A stretch of DNA of 64,000 bases, from NCBI GenBank assembly GCA_965223845.1, contig CBDCXR010000004.1, positions 1,792,001-1,856,000 on the forward strand. Reading direction: 5' to 3'. This stretch comes from Planctomycetota bacterium (lineage in GTDB: Bacteria; Planctomycetota; UBA8108; SXIK01). The notes below the pieces were generated by a model. It was given only the letters and a program-made list of their open reading frames with translations. It was not told where the DNA came from and did not search any database. A program made the translations under genes and the position numbers. Numbering within the stretch: the stretch's first letter is position 1; each line of letters begins with the position of its first letter. Below are positions 27,551-37,649 of this stretch, one piece after another.

Positions 27551-28744
27551 ATGCATCAAGACGATAAGGGAGGACGGGGCACCGCCGAGGTTCAGCGTCT
27601 GATCCGCGTCTATCGCGACGGGCTCCTCGAGGATGTCCTGCCGTTTTGGATCGAGCACTGCGTCGATCGGGAGCACGGCGGTTTTCACATGGCGCTAGAT
27701 CGCGACGGGACGCTTCTCGATACAGACAAGGGCGTCTGGCAGCAGTGTCGATTCACTTGGCTGCTCGGCGAGCTCTACAACAACGTGGAAGCGCGAAGCG
27801 ATTGGCTCGAGCTCGCGCGTCACGGAATCGATTTCATCGATCGCCACTGCTTCGATCCCGCCGACGGGCGCATGTGGTTCCACGTCGACCGGAAAGGCGC
27901 GCCGATTCGAAAGCGACGTTACGCGTTCTCCGAGAGCTTCGCGGCCATCGCTTACGGCGAGCTCGCGCGAGCGACTGGTGAAGCCCGGTACGCCGAGAAG
28001 GCGCGGAAAACGTTTCGGCGATTCATCGATCACCATCTGGAGCCGAAGAACATTTCGCCGAAATTCACGGACCTCCGGCCGACTCGAGGGCTCGGTTTCC
28101 CGATGATCACGATCAACACGGCGCAGGAACTCCGCGAGTCCATCGGACTCGAGGACGCCGACGCTTGGATCGATCGGAGCGTCGATGCGATTCGCCGCTA
28201 CCACGTGAAACCCGAGATCGAGTGTGTGATGGAGACCGTCGGCCCGAACGGCGAGCTGATCGACCATTTCGATGGTCGCACTCTCAATCCCGGACACGCC
28301 ATCGAAGGGGCATGGTTCATATTCGCCGAGGGGGAACATCGCGGAGATCGAGACCTGATCGAGCTCGGCTCTCGGATGCTCGACTGGATGTGGGGGCGCG
28401 GCTGGGACGAAGAGTACGGCGGTCTTCTCTACTTCACCGACGTCAAAGGACTGCCCGTCCAGGAGTACTGGCACGACATGAAGTTTTGGTGGCCGCACAA
28501 CGAGGCCATCATCGCGACGCTCTACGCCTACCGGCTCACGGGCGAAGAAAAGTACCGCGCGTGGCACCATGCCGTCCACGACTGGTCCTATCGCCACTTT
28601 CCCGATCCCGAGCACGGGGAGTGGTACGGTTACCTCCACCGCGATGGTCGCATCTCCGTTCCGCTCAAGGGGAATCTTTGGAAGGGTCCGTTTCACCTTC
28701 CGAGAATGCAACTGCGGTGCTGGAAGCTTCTCGAGCGCGATTGA
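27551..28744 (+). CDS. N-acylglucosamine 2-epimerase (AGE family)
   Basis: LPFW..D..GG, DKGVWQQCR, NPGHAIE, MKFWWPHNE, KGPFHLPR. Confidence 0.9.
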   Translation: MHQDDKGGRGTAEVQRLIRVYRDGLLEDVLPFWIEHCVDREHGGFHMALDRDGTLLDTDKGVWQQCRFTWLLGELYNNVEARSDWLELARHGIDFIDRHCFDPADGRMWFHVDRKGAPIRKRRYAFSESFAAIAYGELARATGEARYAEKARKTFRRFIDHHLEPKNISPKFTDLRPTRGLGFPMITINTAQELRESIGLEDADAWIDRSVDAIRRYHVKPEIECVMETVGPNGELIDHFDGRTLNPGHAIEGAWFIFAEGEHRGDRDLIELGSRMLDWMWGRGWDEEYGGLLYFTDVKGLPVQEYWHDMKFWWPHNEAIIATLYAYRLTGEEKYRAWHHAVHDWSYRHFPDPEHGEWYGYLHRDGRISVPLKGNLWKGPFHLPRMQLRCWKLLERD

Positions 28745-28760
28745 CGACGAGAACGTACGT

Positions 28761-29702
28761 TCAAACGGCGGTGGTCTCGTCCGGCTCTCGCACGCCAGAG
28801 AAACCAATGCGTTCGAGCTCTTTGGCCATCGCGTCGTATTCGTCGCGCTCCAGGGGACGGAGAGGCCGCCGCACCGGGCCGCAGTCGATTCCGGTCAGTT
28901 TCATCGCGGCTTTCATCGCTCGGTGGCCACCGTAGCGAAGAAACACATCGATGAACGACATGCTCTGTAGCTGAAGCTCCCGCGCCGTGCTCCAGTCTCC
29001 GGCCGCGAAGGCGTCGAGGAGACGGAGGTAGAGCGGAGCGGCGAACGCGTATGTGGTCCCGACGGCGCCGTCGCACCCGAAGGCGAGCCCGCTGAGCAGA
29101 ATCTCGTCGCAGCCGAAGAGGATGTTGTACCGGCCACCTTCGAGAGCGACGCACCGCGCGAGCTCCATCAGGTCGGTGTCGCTGAATTTGACGCCCGCGA
29201 GATTGGGAATCACGCTCGCACTGCGCTCTAGGAACTCGACTACGGATAGATGAACGCCACTTAGCGCGGGCAAGTGGTAGAAGTAGAATGGGAGCTCCGG
29301 CGCGCCGGCCGCCACCCCGGCGCAAAACTCGACGAGATCACTCGTGCTCGCCGGGGTGAAGAAGTACGGTGCTATGCATGCGATCGCGTCGGCGCCCACC
29401 GACTGAGCGGACTCCGCGAGCGCGCGACACTCCGCGATCGACGTACCGCCGACGTGAGCGACGATCGCGAGATCCGTTCCGGCTGCGGCGTCGACCCATC
29501 GGCGGCACACCGATCGGCGTTCATCCGCGGTGAGCGAGCTGAATTCGCCCGTCGTACCGCAGGGAAACGCGCCATTCACTCCGTCCGCCACGAGTCTCTC
29601 CGCGAGTGCATCGATCGTATCGAGAGCGAGCGAGCCGTCCGGCCGCATGGGTGTGTACGGCGCCGCGATCAATCCGGTCAGTTTTCGCTCGTATGCGCTC
29701 AT
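28761..29702 (-). CDS. nanA: N-acetylneuraminate lyase (DapA/NanA family)
   Basis: CGTTGE, FYFYHLP, GVKFSD, GCDE, GAVGTTY; sits next to the AGE epimerase. Confidence 0.8.
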   Translation of the reverse strand: MSAYERKLTGLIAAPYTPMRPDGSLALDTIDALAERLVADGVNGAFPCGTTGEFSSLTADERRSVCRRWVDAAAGTDLAIVAHVGGTSIAECRALAESAQSVGADAIACIAPYFFTPASTSDLVEFCAGVAAGAPELPFYFYHLPALSGVHLSVVEFLERSASVIPNLAGVKFSDTDLMELARCVALEGGRYNILFGCDEILLSGLAFGCDGAVGTTYAFAAPLYLRLLDAFAAGDWSTARELQLQSMSFIDVFLRYGGHRAMKAAMKLTGIDCGPVRRPLRPLERDEYDAMAKELERIGFSGVREPDETTAV

Positions 29703-29718
29703 GTTCGTTCGGCCCACT

Positions 29719-32700
29719 TCAGGGGCAGATCTCCGGGCAGCCTGCGATGGGCACGCACGTCACGCCGCGAACGGGACGAGGGCCGCTCTGAAAGAGGTAA
29801 TTGAGTAGATAGATGACATCGGCGATATTCACGCCGTCATCGCCGTTCGCGTCAAGAAGCGCGACATTACCGGTATGCTCGAACGTGCCGTCGCCGCAGG
29901 GAACGGTGTCGTCTCCCGCGACGAAGAGTCGCTGAACGAGGAACACGGCGTCGGATATGTCGAGATTCGCATCTTGGTTCGCGTCGGAGGGAATCTGACG
30001 GCCTCCGGCCGGAGTCGGTGCGATTCCGGGCGTCCCGAGCGTTTCTCCACTCGCTCGCCACGCGGTCGAGTCGCTCCATTCGCTCGGATCACTCGTCGCG
30101 TCGACGATCTCGAGCGACGCGCCGTCTCCGTCTGCCGCCGGATACCAGTCATCGCGGTACGCAAATTCGAGGATCAACCGACCCGCGGCGTCGGTGAGCG
30201 CCACCACGTCGCCAGCGTTTCCCAGGTTACCGTCGTACTCCCCGGCTACGGATAAATCATCTCCGTAGCGGCTCTCGAACGCGGCGCGATTCTTGACGAG
30301 AAGCACGACCTCGCCTGGAGCGAGATCGTCGGCGGGGTCGGGAGAGGAGAAGCGAAATCGAATGCCGGTAAGCTCGACGCCGAACGCACTGAGCGGTTTC
30401 GCTCCTATGTTCTGGAGCTCGAGAAACTCGAATTCGTCGCGCGCGAACGGGCTGTCGGCTTGAGGAGCAGGGGGATGAAACATCAGCTCGGTGACCCGAA
30501 GTGGAGACGTATCGCCTACAAACGTCGCTTCGTTGAGCGCGCTCCAGGTTTCGCCGACGCGCGCGCGCGCACGGACGAGCGTCGTTCTTTCGAGGGAAAT
30601 TCCTCCTGCGGCGGTGCCGACAGCGACGAGTTCGGGCACGAACAATAGATCGCTGCTGTTCGCACCGGCGTTGAGCCCGTGGATCGCGAGGAGATTTTCG
30701 CCGGGGCGGAGCGCGTCGATGTGGGCGCTCACATCGACGCTTTCGAATTCGAGCGCCGCGCCGTCGGAGTGCCCGCGGGTCGCCCCTGCGTTCCAGACGA
30801 GGTCGTCCGGTGCATTTCGACTAGCCACGAGCCGACCGTTCAGATAGGCCGCGTAACCGTCGTCGTACTTCATTCGAAGAGTCAGAATCGAGAAGCCGGA
30901 GGGATCCTCGACCGAGAACGGGATGCGCACGTAAACGGACTCGTTTTGGTCGAACGCGTCCGCCTCGACGTCGAGACCGATCTCGTCTTCGAATCCGGAA
31001 GTACGTTCATAACCGACACCCGTCGTGCCGGCGATCCAACTCGCATCGTTGAACTCGATTTCCGTCCAGCTTCGACCGAGACCATCATCGCTCGGGACGA
31101 ACGCGCGCGCTGATGCACCCTCGGCAACGAGAACGAGACCCTGGTTCTCGACGCGCTGGGCTTCCGGGGAGATCGCACCGCCCTCGAGGCGTGGGTCGGC
31201 GCCGTCGAGCGTGTAGAACATCTCGCCCTCGGCCGCGTTGACCGCGAGCGCGAATCCGTTTCCGATCGGGCCGCCGTGCTGACTGAAGACCGGTGCGTCG
31301 ACGTCGGGATAGAGATCTACGCTCCGGAATTGACTGAGGACGATGTCCGTTCGGAGAGGAAAGTACCGCGTGAGCTTGTCAGCGATCACCACTTCCCACT
31401 GATCGATGCGGTTCCGGGGAGGTTCGATCCGAGTGTCGCCCCAACGCGCCGCCTCGGGATCCATCGCACGCTCGAGCTCCTCGACGATCCCGCGGAACCG
31501 CGCTGAGTTCGCTTCCGGAGTGAACGCCCCGGCGTGAAAGAAATGCCGGTGAACTCGATCCCCGAAGCGAACGCGAAACTCCGCATTGCGTCTCAGACGA
31601 TCGTAGAGAATCCCGGGAGAATGATCGACCGCGGTCGTGAGCTTTCCGCTTTCCGCGAGGCGAAACATGAAGTTTTCGGCATCCCACGAAACGAAGTGAA
31701 ATGGCTCGACGTCTTCCGCGTCCCGGATCGCGTACCAGTTGTTGTGCGGCCAGTCCTGGTTTCCGCCGAAGAGATTGAGAATCAGATAGTCGATGAAGGA
31801 ATCGAGCTCGAGGCGCTCGGATACCTCGGCGTAGACCGCATTCGAAGCGATATTGCCCTTCACAAGGGCGATCAACTCGTCCCACGCGTCGCGAGTTCCG
31901 CTCACGAGCTCCGGCGGACTCCCGTTCGCGGAGCCGCGCGGCCGCTGCTTGAGGACGTCGTAGTCCTCGGCGTCGCCGCCGAAATACGATGCCGCGAACT
32001 CCTCGTCGGGTCGCTCGGTTACGTTGTAGACGCCCCAGTAGAGGCCATCGATGTACAGGTGCACCCAGGTTCCGCGGAGCGAGTGGTGTCCCGTCGCCCA
32101 CTGACTCAGATAGGCGAATCGATCGCGGAAGAGGAGAGCGGACTCCCAGCCGATCGTTTCGCCGTCACCCGCTGTGTGGACGGACCACGTATCGAAGTAG
32201 TTGCCACGGAGGACGAGCGTATCGAAGGAGTCGGCGGCCTCGGGGCCGAGAACGGGCTGACGAAGCCTCCCGGCTCCGTACTCTCGTCTGAAGGCGAGAC
32301 GAAACGATTTCTTTCCGAGCGGGCGGAATCGGCTGCCCGCGCCCTGAATGCGTACGCCGGCGTTCAGCTGAAACTCGAGCCTGCCATCGGGATCGATCCA
32401 CTCGACCGAGGTTTCGCGTTCCCACGCTCGGCCCGACAGGGTGGGATTGGCGTGAATCCCGTTCGGTCCGAACATGTCTTCGACCGGAAGCACGAGCGAG
32501 AGAGCGGGGAGCGAACGAAAATCCTGGATGATGTCCGTGCCGAGTCGAGGGTCGTTCACGACGTTCGGGTCGACGTCGTAATCCCAGTCCGAGTTGTTCG
32601 GGAATCCCGCTCCGGTCTGCTCGAGGACGTCGTTCAGAAAAATGTACGTGTGAGTCACGACAGGCGACGGACCCCATCCCGGGCGCGTCGCGATCGCGCG

Positions 32701-34077
32701 GAGCGCAGTCGTCGTCGCGATCGGGACCGACCCCGACGCGACGAAGCCGTGCGACGGGCTCGGCTTCGATCCGTCGAGCGTGTAGCGAATCTCACTCTCC
32801 GGTGTCGCCGAGGCTAACGTGACGTCGAACGGCGCATCGTAGTACCCTCGGCGGACGCTGAACTCGGGCGGCTCGACGAACCCCTCGACCGCTTCGCCGT
32901 TCGGCTGCCCGGGAGTGGGCGTGAGGAAATAGCCTTCCTCGCCGTAGGAGACGTCGACGAACTGCTCGGGATACCGAGGGGTGAACTCCGTCGTCACTCG
33001 ACCATCGGGCGCGACGAGCGCGAAGTACTCACCGGTCGAGCTCAGACGAAAGTTCGTGTGCAGCTCCGGCAGATCGGTCGACGCTCCAGGCGGCGCAAAG
33101 ACGCCCGTCGCATCCCAACGAACGTAGTCGACTTCGCCGGCGGCTTGGCCCGATGAACAACAGTCGAGCATAAAGATCGATCGCCGCGCGTCCGCACCGT
33201 CGTCGCCGAGCGCATCTCCGATCAGCTCGCCGTTGCGCCACACAAAGTAGACCTCCCGATCCGCATCGTACGCCACCCGGAACGTTACGAAGGTCGTCGT
33301 GTTGTCGCCTTCGTGAAGGAGGGTGCCGGACCAGGTGCGAGTCTCCTCGAGGTCGACCCGGAGAATGACGCGCTCCGTGCCGTTCGCGAGCCAGAGAATC
33401 GCTCCGGGATTCGAGCCCGCGGAGGCCGTCACCCGAAGGCGCGTCTCGAAGGTGTACGATGTCGCGGGGTCCACTTCGTCGCTCCAACTCGCCGAGTTGA
33501 TGAGTGCCCACTGTCCGCTGAGGACGGTTTCGAACGAGAGGACGCCCGCTCCGACCGAGAGTGCCGGCGGCTCCGCGCCCGCACCGAGATTGAATCCGTC
33601 CATCGTCCAGCCGTCGGCGGCGCCTTCCTCCGTCGGCAGCACGCCATCGGCGCTGAACTCGAGGCCGTGCGGAAACTCGCTTGACGCGCGCGGAAGGAAT
33701 CGTCCCCCGCCGCCGTCGACCGCGCGGCGATCCTTGCCGGACGCGAATACGACGAGGCGGTCGCCCGACGGGATGTCCACGGACGGAAAAACCCACTTCG
33801 CGAGGTCGGAAGGGTCATCGGTCACCGACCAACCCTCGGTGGACACCGAGTCCGGACCGGGGTTGAAAACTTCGAACCAGTCAGATCGCTCGCCATCCAC
33901 GTCGCGGAGCGACGAGTCGTTCAGCGTGAGAAACTCGGCGAGAACGAGATCTTGAGCTGGGAGTCTCGGCGTCGCGAGGGTGCCGACTAACGCGATGAAC
34001 GCACACGTCGACACGATTGCCGCGCCCGGTGCGACGCGCGAGAGAGCACGTACTCGTCGCTCGTCAGCAAGACACAT
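29719..34077 (-). CDS. Secreted CotH-kinase-family protein with lamin-tail domains, an inserted lectin-like domain and a dockerin-like tail
   Basis: LTD motifs SDWFEVFN and ELHTNFRL; IRYTLDGS; CotH motifs RIQGAGSR, KKSFRL, YWGVYNVTER, NQDWPHNN, WDAE; DANQD/DANGD tail. Start uncertain. Confidence 0.8.
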   Translation of the reverse strand: MCLADERRVRALSRVAPGAAIVSTCAFIALVGTLATPRLPAQDLVLAEFLTLNDSSLRDVDGERSDWFEVFNPGPDSVSTEGWSVTDDPSDLAKWVFPSVDIPSGDRLVVFASGKDRRAVDGGGGRFLPRASSEFPHGLEFSADGVLPTEEGAADGWTMDGFNLGAGAEPPALSVGAGVLSFETVLSGQWALINSASWSDEVDPATSYTFETRLRVTASAGSNPGAILWLANGTERVILRVDLEETRTWSGTLLHEGDNTTTFVTFRVAYDADREVYFVWRNGELIGDALGDDGADARRSIFMLDCCSSGQAAGEVDYVRWDATGVFAPPGASTDLPELHTNFRLSSTGEYFALVAPDGRVTTEFTPRYPEQFVDVSYGEEGYFLTPTPGQPNGEAVEGFVEPPEFSVRRGYYDAPFDVTLASATPESEIRYTLDGSKPSPSHGFVASGSVPIATTTALRAIATRPGWGPSPVVTHTYIFLNDVLEQTGAGFPNNSDWDYDVDPNVVNDPRLGTDIIQDFRSLPALSLVLPVEDMFGPNGIHANPTLSGRAWERETSVEWIDPDGRLEFQLNAGVRIQGAGSRFRPLGKKSFRLAFRREYGAGRLRQPVLGPEAADSFDTLVLRGNYFDTWSVHTAGDGETIGWESALLFRDRFAYLSQWATGHHSLRGTWVHLYIDGLYWGVYNVTERPDEEFAASYFGGDAEDYDVLKQRPRGSANGSPPELVSGTRDAWDELIALVKGNIASNAVYAEVSERLELDSFIDYLILNLFGGNQDWPHNNWYAIRDAEDVEPFHFVSWDAENFMFRLAESGKLTTAVDHSPGILYDRLRRNAEFRVRFGDRVHRHFFHAGAFTPEANSARFRGIVEELERAMDPEAARWGDTRIEPPRNRIDQWEVVIADKLTRYFPLRTDIVLSQFRSVDLYPDVDAPVFSQHGGPIGNGFALAVNAAEGEMFYTLDGADPRLEGGAISPEAQRVENQGLVLVAEGASARAFVPSDDGLGRSWTEIEFNDASWIAGTTGVGYERTSGFEDEIGLDVEADAFDQNESVYVRIPFSVEDPSGFSILTLRMKYDDGYAAYLNGRLVASRNAPDDLVWNAGATRGHSDGAALEFESVDVSAHIDALRPGENLLAIHGLNAGANSSDLLFVPELVAVGTAAGGISLERTTLVRARARVGETWSALNEATFVGDTSPLRVTELMFHPPAPQADSPFARDEFEFLELQNIGAKPLSAFGVELTGIRFRFSSPDPADDLAPGEVVLLVKNRAAFESRYGDDLSVAGEYDGNLGNAGDVVALTDAAGRLILEFAYRDDWYPAADGDGASLEIVDATSDPSEWSDSTAWRASGETLGTPGIAPTPAGGRQIPSDANQDANLDISDAVFLVQRLFVAGDDTVPCGDGTFEHTGNVALLDANGDDGVNIADVIYLLNYLFQSGPRPVRGVTCVPIAGCPEICP

Positions 34078-37000
34078 ACTCGTCACACCCGATGTCCTGA
34101 GGGGATCCGACGGGATCGGGATCCTCTCCGCACGCTGTCTCCGGGCTCCCCGGTGTCGTGACCGGCGGACCGTCACCGAAAAGATGATTGAGGAGGTAGA
34201 TCGCGTCCGCGATGTTCACTCCACCATCATTGTTCGCGTCGCCCGATTCCGCGCACTGGGGAGGGTCGCCATCGCCAAACAGACCGTTCAGAAGAAAGAT
34301 CGCGTCGGCGATGTTCGAGGCGGCGTCGTCATTCGGATCGCCGCGGTTGAACCGCGGGCGCGGATCGCCGTCTCCGGGGGCGTAGGCACCTGTGGCGTCC
34401 CAATAGATCGCGTCGAATTCACCGTCGACCTGGGCGGATGAGCAGCAATCGATGAGAAACACCGCCGTTCGCGCGTCCGCACCTTCGTCCGGAAGACTCT
34501 CGCCGATGAGCTCGCCGTTGCGCCAGACGAAGTAGAGACCGGTCGGGGCGTGGAAGGCGACACGGATCGAAACGAACTCTCCCGCGTTCTCTTCCTCGTC
34601 GAGGACGACGCCCGACCACGTGACGACGCTCGCTAGGTCGACGCGGAGGATCAGCCGGTGAGTACCGTTCGCGAGCCACAGAATCACGCCGGGATTGGGC
34701 GCGTCGGTCGCGTCGACCTTGACGCTGACCTCGAAGGTATAGGATCTGCTCACATTCACCTCCGCGGCCCACGCCGACCCGCCGGCCATGACGATCGACT
34801 GCTGACCCGGGAGAACGGAACGAAAACGAAGCACCCCGTCGACGACCGTCAGCGACGGTGGAGTATCGCCGTCGATATTCCACGCGAGGTCTTCCACCCA
34901 GCCGTCGTTCGCTCCCTCGACGGACGGAAGGACTCCGTCCTCGTCGAAGTGGAGCTGGTGCTCAAAGTCCTCCGCGGCGAGCTCAGGGAATTCGTCGAAT
35001 CGGTCCGGAGTCGCGGAGACTTCCGCGGAGTTCGCGGATTCGTTCCCGGCGAGATCGACTGCGGTCACGACGTAATAGTAGGTGGTTCCGAGGTCGACAG
35101 CGTCATCGAAATACTCGAGCTCGAGGAGATCGAGTCCCTCCGCGAGTAGCTCGTACGGACCGCCGCTCGCCTCGGCCCGATAGACGTTGTAGCCGCTCGC
35201 GTCGAGTTCGGGACCGAGCGCCCACTCGAGCCGCACCTCGCCGGCGATAGTGGCGCGCGCCGAGACGCCGGTCGGCGGAAGAGGAGGCGTGATGTCGATT
35301 CCCGCCAGCGGAGTGAGCGCGATTTCGTCGGATACATCCGAAATGTTCCGATTCACGTCGACTGCGGCGACGACGTAGTAGTAGGTCGTGCCATTCGTCA
35401 GCCCTTCGTCGATGTAGGTCGTCGACGATCCCGAGTGAACGACGACGTAGTCACCGCCCGAAGTTTCACTTCGGCCGACCTCGTAGCCGCTCAGATCGTC
35501 CTCCGTATTCGCATTCCAGCTGAGGTGCACGCGGGAATCTTCGATCTCTCCTGCGAGCCCCGTCGGTTTCGCAGGTGGGGTCGTGTCCCCGGGATCGGTG
35601 GGGGGAAAGTACGCGCCCGTCGCGTCCCAGCCCACAAAATCGAACGCACCGGTCGCCTGTGCACTCGAGCAGCAGTCGATGAGAAAAATCGATCGCCGCG
35701 CGTCGCCGCCGTCGTCGAGGAGCTCGCTCCCGACGAGCGAACCGTTCCGCCACACGTAGTAGCCATCCGTCGGTGCGTCGTACGCGACGCGGATCGTCAC
35801 GAGCTCGGTGTTGTCCCCTTCGTCGAGAAGGTTTCCCGTCCACTGGGTCGTGCTCGCGGTATCGACGCGTACGATGATCCGCTCGACACCGTTCGCGAGC
35901 CAGAGCACTGCGCCGGGATTGGCGCCGTCGGAGCTCGTGACCCGGAGCTTCGCCTCGAACGTGTACGACGTTCCCGGGTCGACTTCCTCCGCCCACGCGA
36001 CGTTGTTGATCAGCGCCCACTGACCCGCTAGCGCGGTATCGAAGACGAGTTCTCCGCCGACGACGTCGAGTGACGGAGGCACGGCGCCGGGCCCGGTGTT
36101 GAAGCCGTCCATGGTCCAGCCGTCGGCGGCTCCCTCTTCGGTCGGGAGAACGCCGTCGGAATCGAAGGCGAGCTGGTGGGGGAACTCGTCCGCGTCTTTC
36201 TCGACCTCCTCGTCGATGCTCACGGTGAGAACGGAACTCGCCTCGGCGCTCGGCGTGGAAGGGTTTCCCGCTTCGTCCACAGCGACGATGACGTAGTAGT
36301 AGCGAACGAGGAAGACGGCGCTCTCGTCGACGTACTCGCTCACACCGACGCCTTCGGCGACCAAATCCTCATACGGTCCACCAGGAGTCTCAGCGCGAAG
36401 CACGTCGTATCCCGCGAGGTCGGCCTCGAGATTGTCGTCCCAGTCGAGCCGGATCCCGCCGCCGTCCGGCGTTGCCATCACCCCGGTTGGAGCTGCGGGT
36501 GGCGTGACGTCCTGTCCCACTTCCGGAGTAGCGTCGACCTCCGCCGAAGCATCCGATTCGTTGCCGCTCCCGTCGGTCGCCGTGACGACATAGTAGTACG
36601 TCATTCCATTCGTGACGTTGTCGTCGACGAATTCACTCGCAAAGACACCCGTACGCGTGAGCGTAGGATCGCCGCCACTCGTCTCCGACCGCTTTACGGT
36701 GTAGCACAGAAGGTCACTCTCCGCGTTGTCATCCCAGTCGAGGAGAACTCGTCCGTCTTCAGCCTGGGCGATGAGTCCGGTCGGCGCGTCGGGCGCCGTC
36801 GCATCGCCGCCGCCGCCGGTCGGCGCATACGCACCGCTCGAGTCCCAACGAATCCAGTCGATCTCGCCGGCCGATTCGTTGGTCGACCCGTAGTCGACGA
36901 TGAATACCGCGTTGCGCGCGTCGTTTGCCGTTCCATCGGGGTCGCGGGCGATCAGCTCACCGTTTCGCCAGACGAAGTACCAGCCGGTGTCGGGGTCGAA

Positions 37001-37567
37001 CGCGATTCGAACCGTGACGAAATCGGAGGCGTTGTCCCCCTCATGAATCACGGGCGCCGCTCCGCCGACGCCCCAGCGAATCTCGTCGACGTCCACGATC
37101 GCGACGGCGCGTCGACCGGTTCCGTTCGCGAGCCAGATCGCCGTGCCGGGGTCGGAAACGGATTCGGCACCGTCTACGGGACTGGTGACCTTGAGACGAA
37201 TCTCGAAGGTATAGGGCGTGTCGGGCCCAATCTCAGAGGACCAAGCGGAATTGCCGTCGGGTTGGTCGATGGAAAAGAATCGTCCGCCGCCCTCGCCCTG
37301 ACCCGTTGTATCGAACGCGAACACCCCGCCGGCGACGGAGAACGACGGCGGAACGTCGGCGTCCGCAACCCACGCCCCGGTCTCGACCCAGCCATCGGCC
37401 ACTCCCTCCTCCGAGGGCAGCACGCCGTCCGCCTCGAACTCGAGGAAATGGTCGAACTCGGACGAGTTCAGAGGGTCGAGAGAGTCGCCGAACGCCGGGG
37501 AAAGACCGATGCCGCCGAGAACGACGGCGAACGCGGCACGGAAGATCTTCATCGTGGTTTCTCTCAT
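34064..37567 (-). CDS. Secreted protein: three lectin-like repeats, four Fn3 domains, dockerin-like tail
   Basis: Signal peptide. Fn3 motifs (PTGL..L.W..YYYVVTA.D..GNES). FNRGDPNDD..NIADAI and GDANNDGGVNIADAI. Confidence 0.85.
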   Translation of the reverse strand: MRETTMKIFRAAFAVVLGGIGLSPAFGDSLDPLNSSEFDHFLEFEADGVLPSEEGVADGWVETGAWVADADVPPSFSVAGGVFAFDTTGQGEGGGRFFSIDQPDGNSAWSSEIGPDTPYTFEIRLKVTSPVDGAESVSDPGTAIWLANGTGRRAVAIVDVDEIRWGVGGAAPVIHEGDNASDFVTVRIAFDPDTGWYFVWRNGELIARDPDGTANDARNAVFIVDYGSTNESAGEIDWIRWDSSGAYAPTGGGGDATAPDAPTGLIAQAEDGRVLLDWDDNAESDLLCYTVKRSETSGGDPTLTRTGVFASEFVDDNVTNGMTYYYVVTATDGSGNESDASAEVDATPEVGQDVTPPAAPTGVMATPDGGGIRLDWDDNLEADLAGYDVLRAETPGGPYEDLVAEGVGVSEYVDESAVFLVRYYYVIVAVDEAGNPSTPSAEASSVLTVSIDEEVEKDADEFPHQLAFDSDGVLPTEEGAADGWTMDGFNTGPGAVPPSLDVVGGELVFDTALAGQWALINNVAWAEEVDPGTSYTFEAKLRVTSSDGANPGAVLWLANGVERIIVRVDTASTTQWTGNLLDEGDNTELVTIRVAYDAPTDGYYVWRNGSLVGSELLDDGGDARRSIFLIDCCSSAQATGAFDFVGWDATGAYFPPTDPGDTTPPAKPTGLAGEIEDSRVHLSWNANTEDDLSGYEVGRSETSGGDYVVVHSGSSTTYIDEGLTNGTTYYYVVAAVDVNRNISDVSDEIALTPLAGIDITPPLPPTGVSARATIAGEVRLEWALGPELDASGYNVYRAEASGGPYELLAEGLDLLELEYFDDAVDLGTTYYYVVTAVDLAGNESANSAEVSATPDRFDEFPELAAEDFEHQLHFDEDGVLPSVEGANDGWVEDLAWNIDGDTPPSLTVVDGVLRFRSVLPGQQSIVMAGGSAWAAEVNVSRSYTFEVSVKVDATDAPNPGVILWLANGTHRLILRVDLASVVTWSGVVLDEEENAGEFVSIRVAFHAPTGLYFVWRNGELIGESLPDEGADARTAVFLIDCCSSAQVDGEFDAIYWDATGAYAPGDGDPRPRFNRGDPNDDAASNIADAIFLLNGLFGDGDPPQCAESGDANNDGGVNIADAIYLLNHLFGDGPPVTTPGSPETACGEDPDPVGSPQDIGCDEYVSC

Positions 37568-37649
37568 GCGAACCGAGATTCAAACTTCGACGCGGAATCG
37601 GGCGGCCTCTCGATCGCCTAGCGAGAAGGCCGCCGAGCTCCGCCGCACG

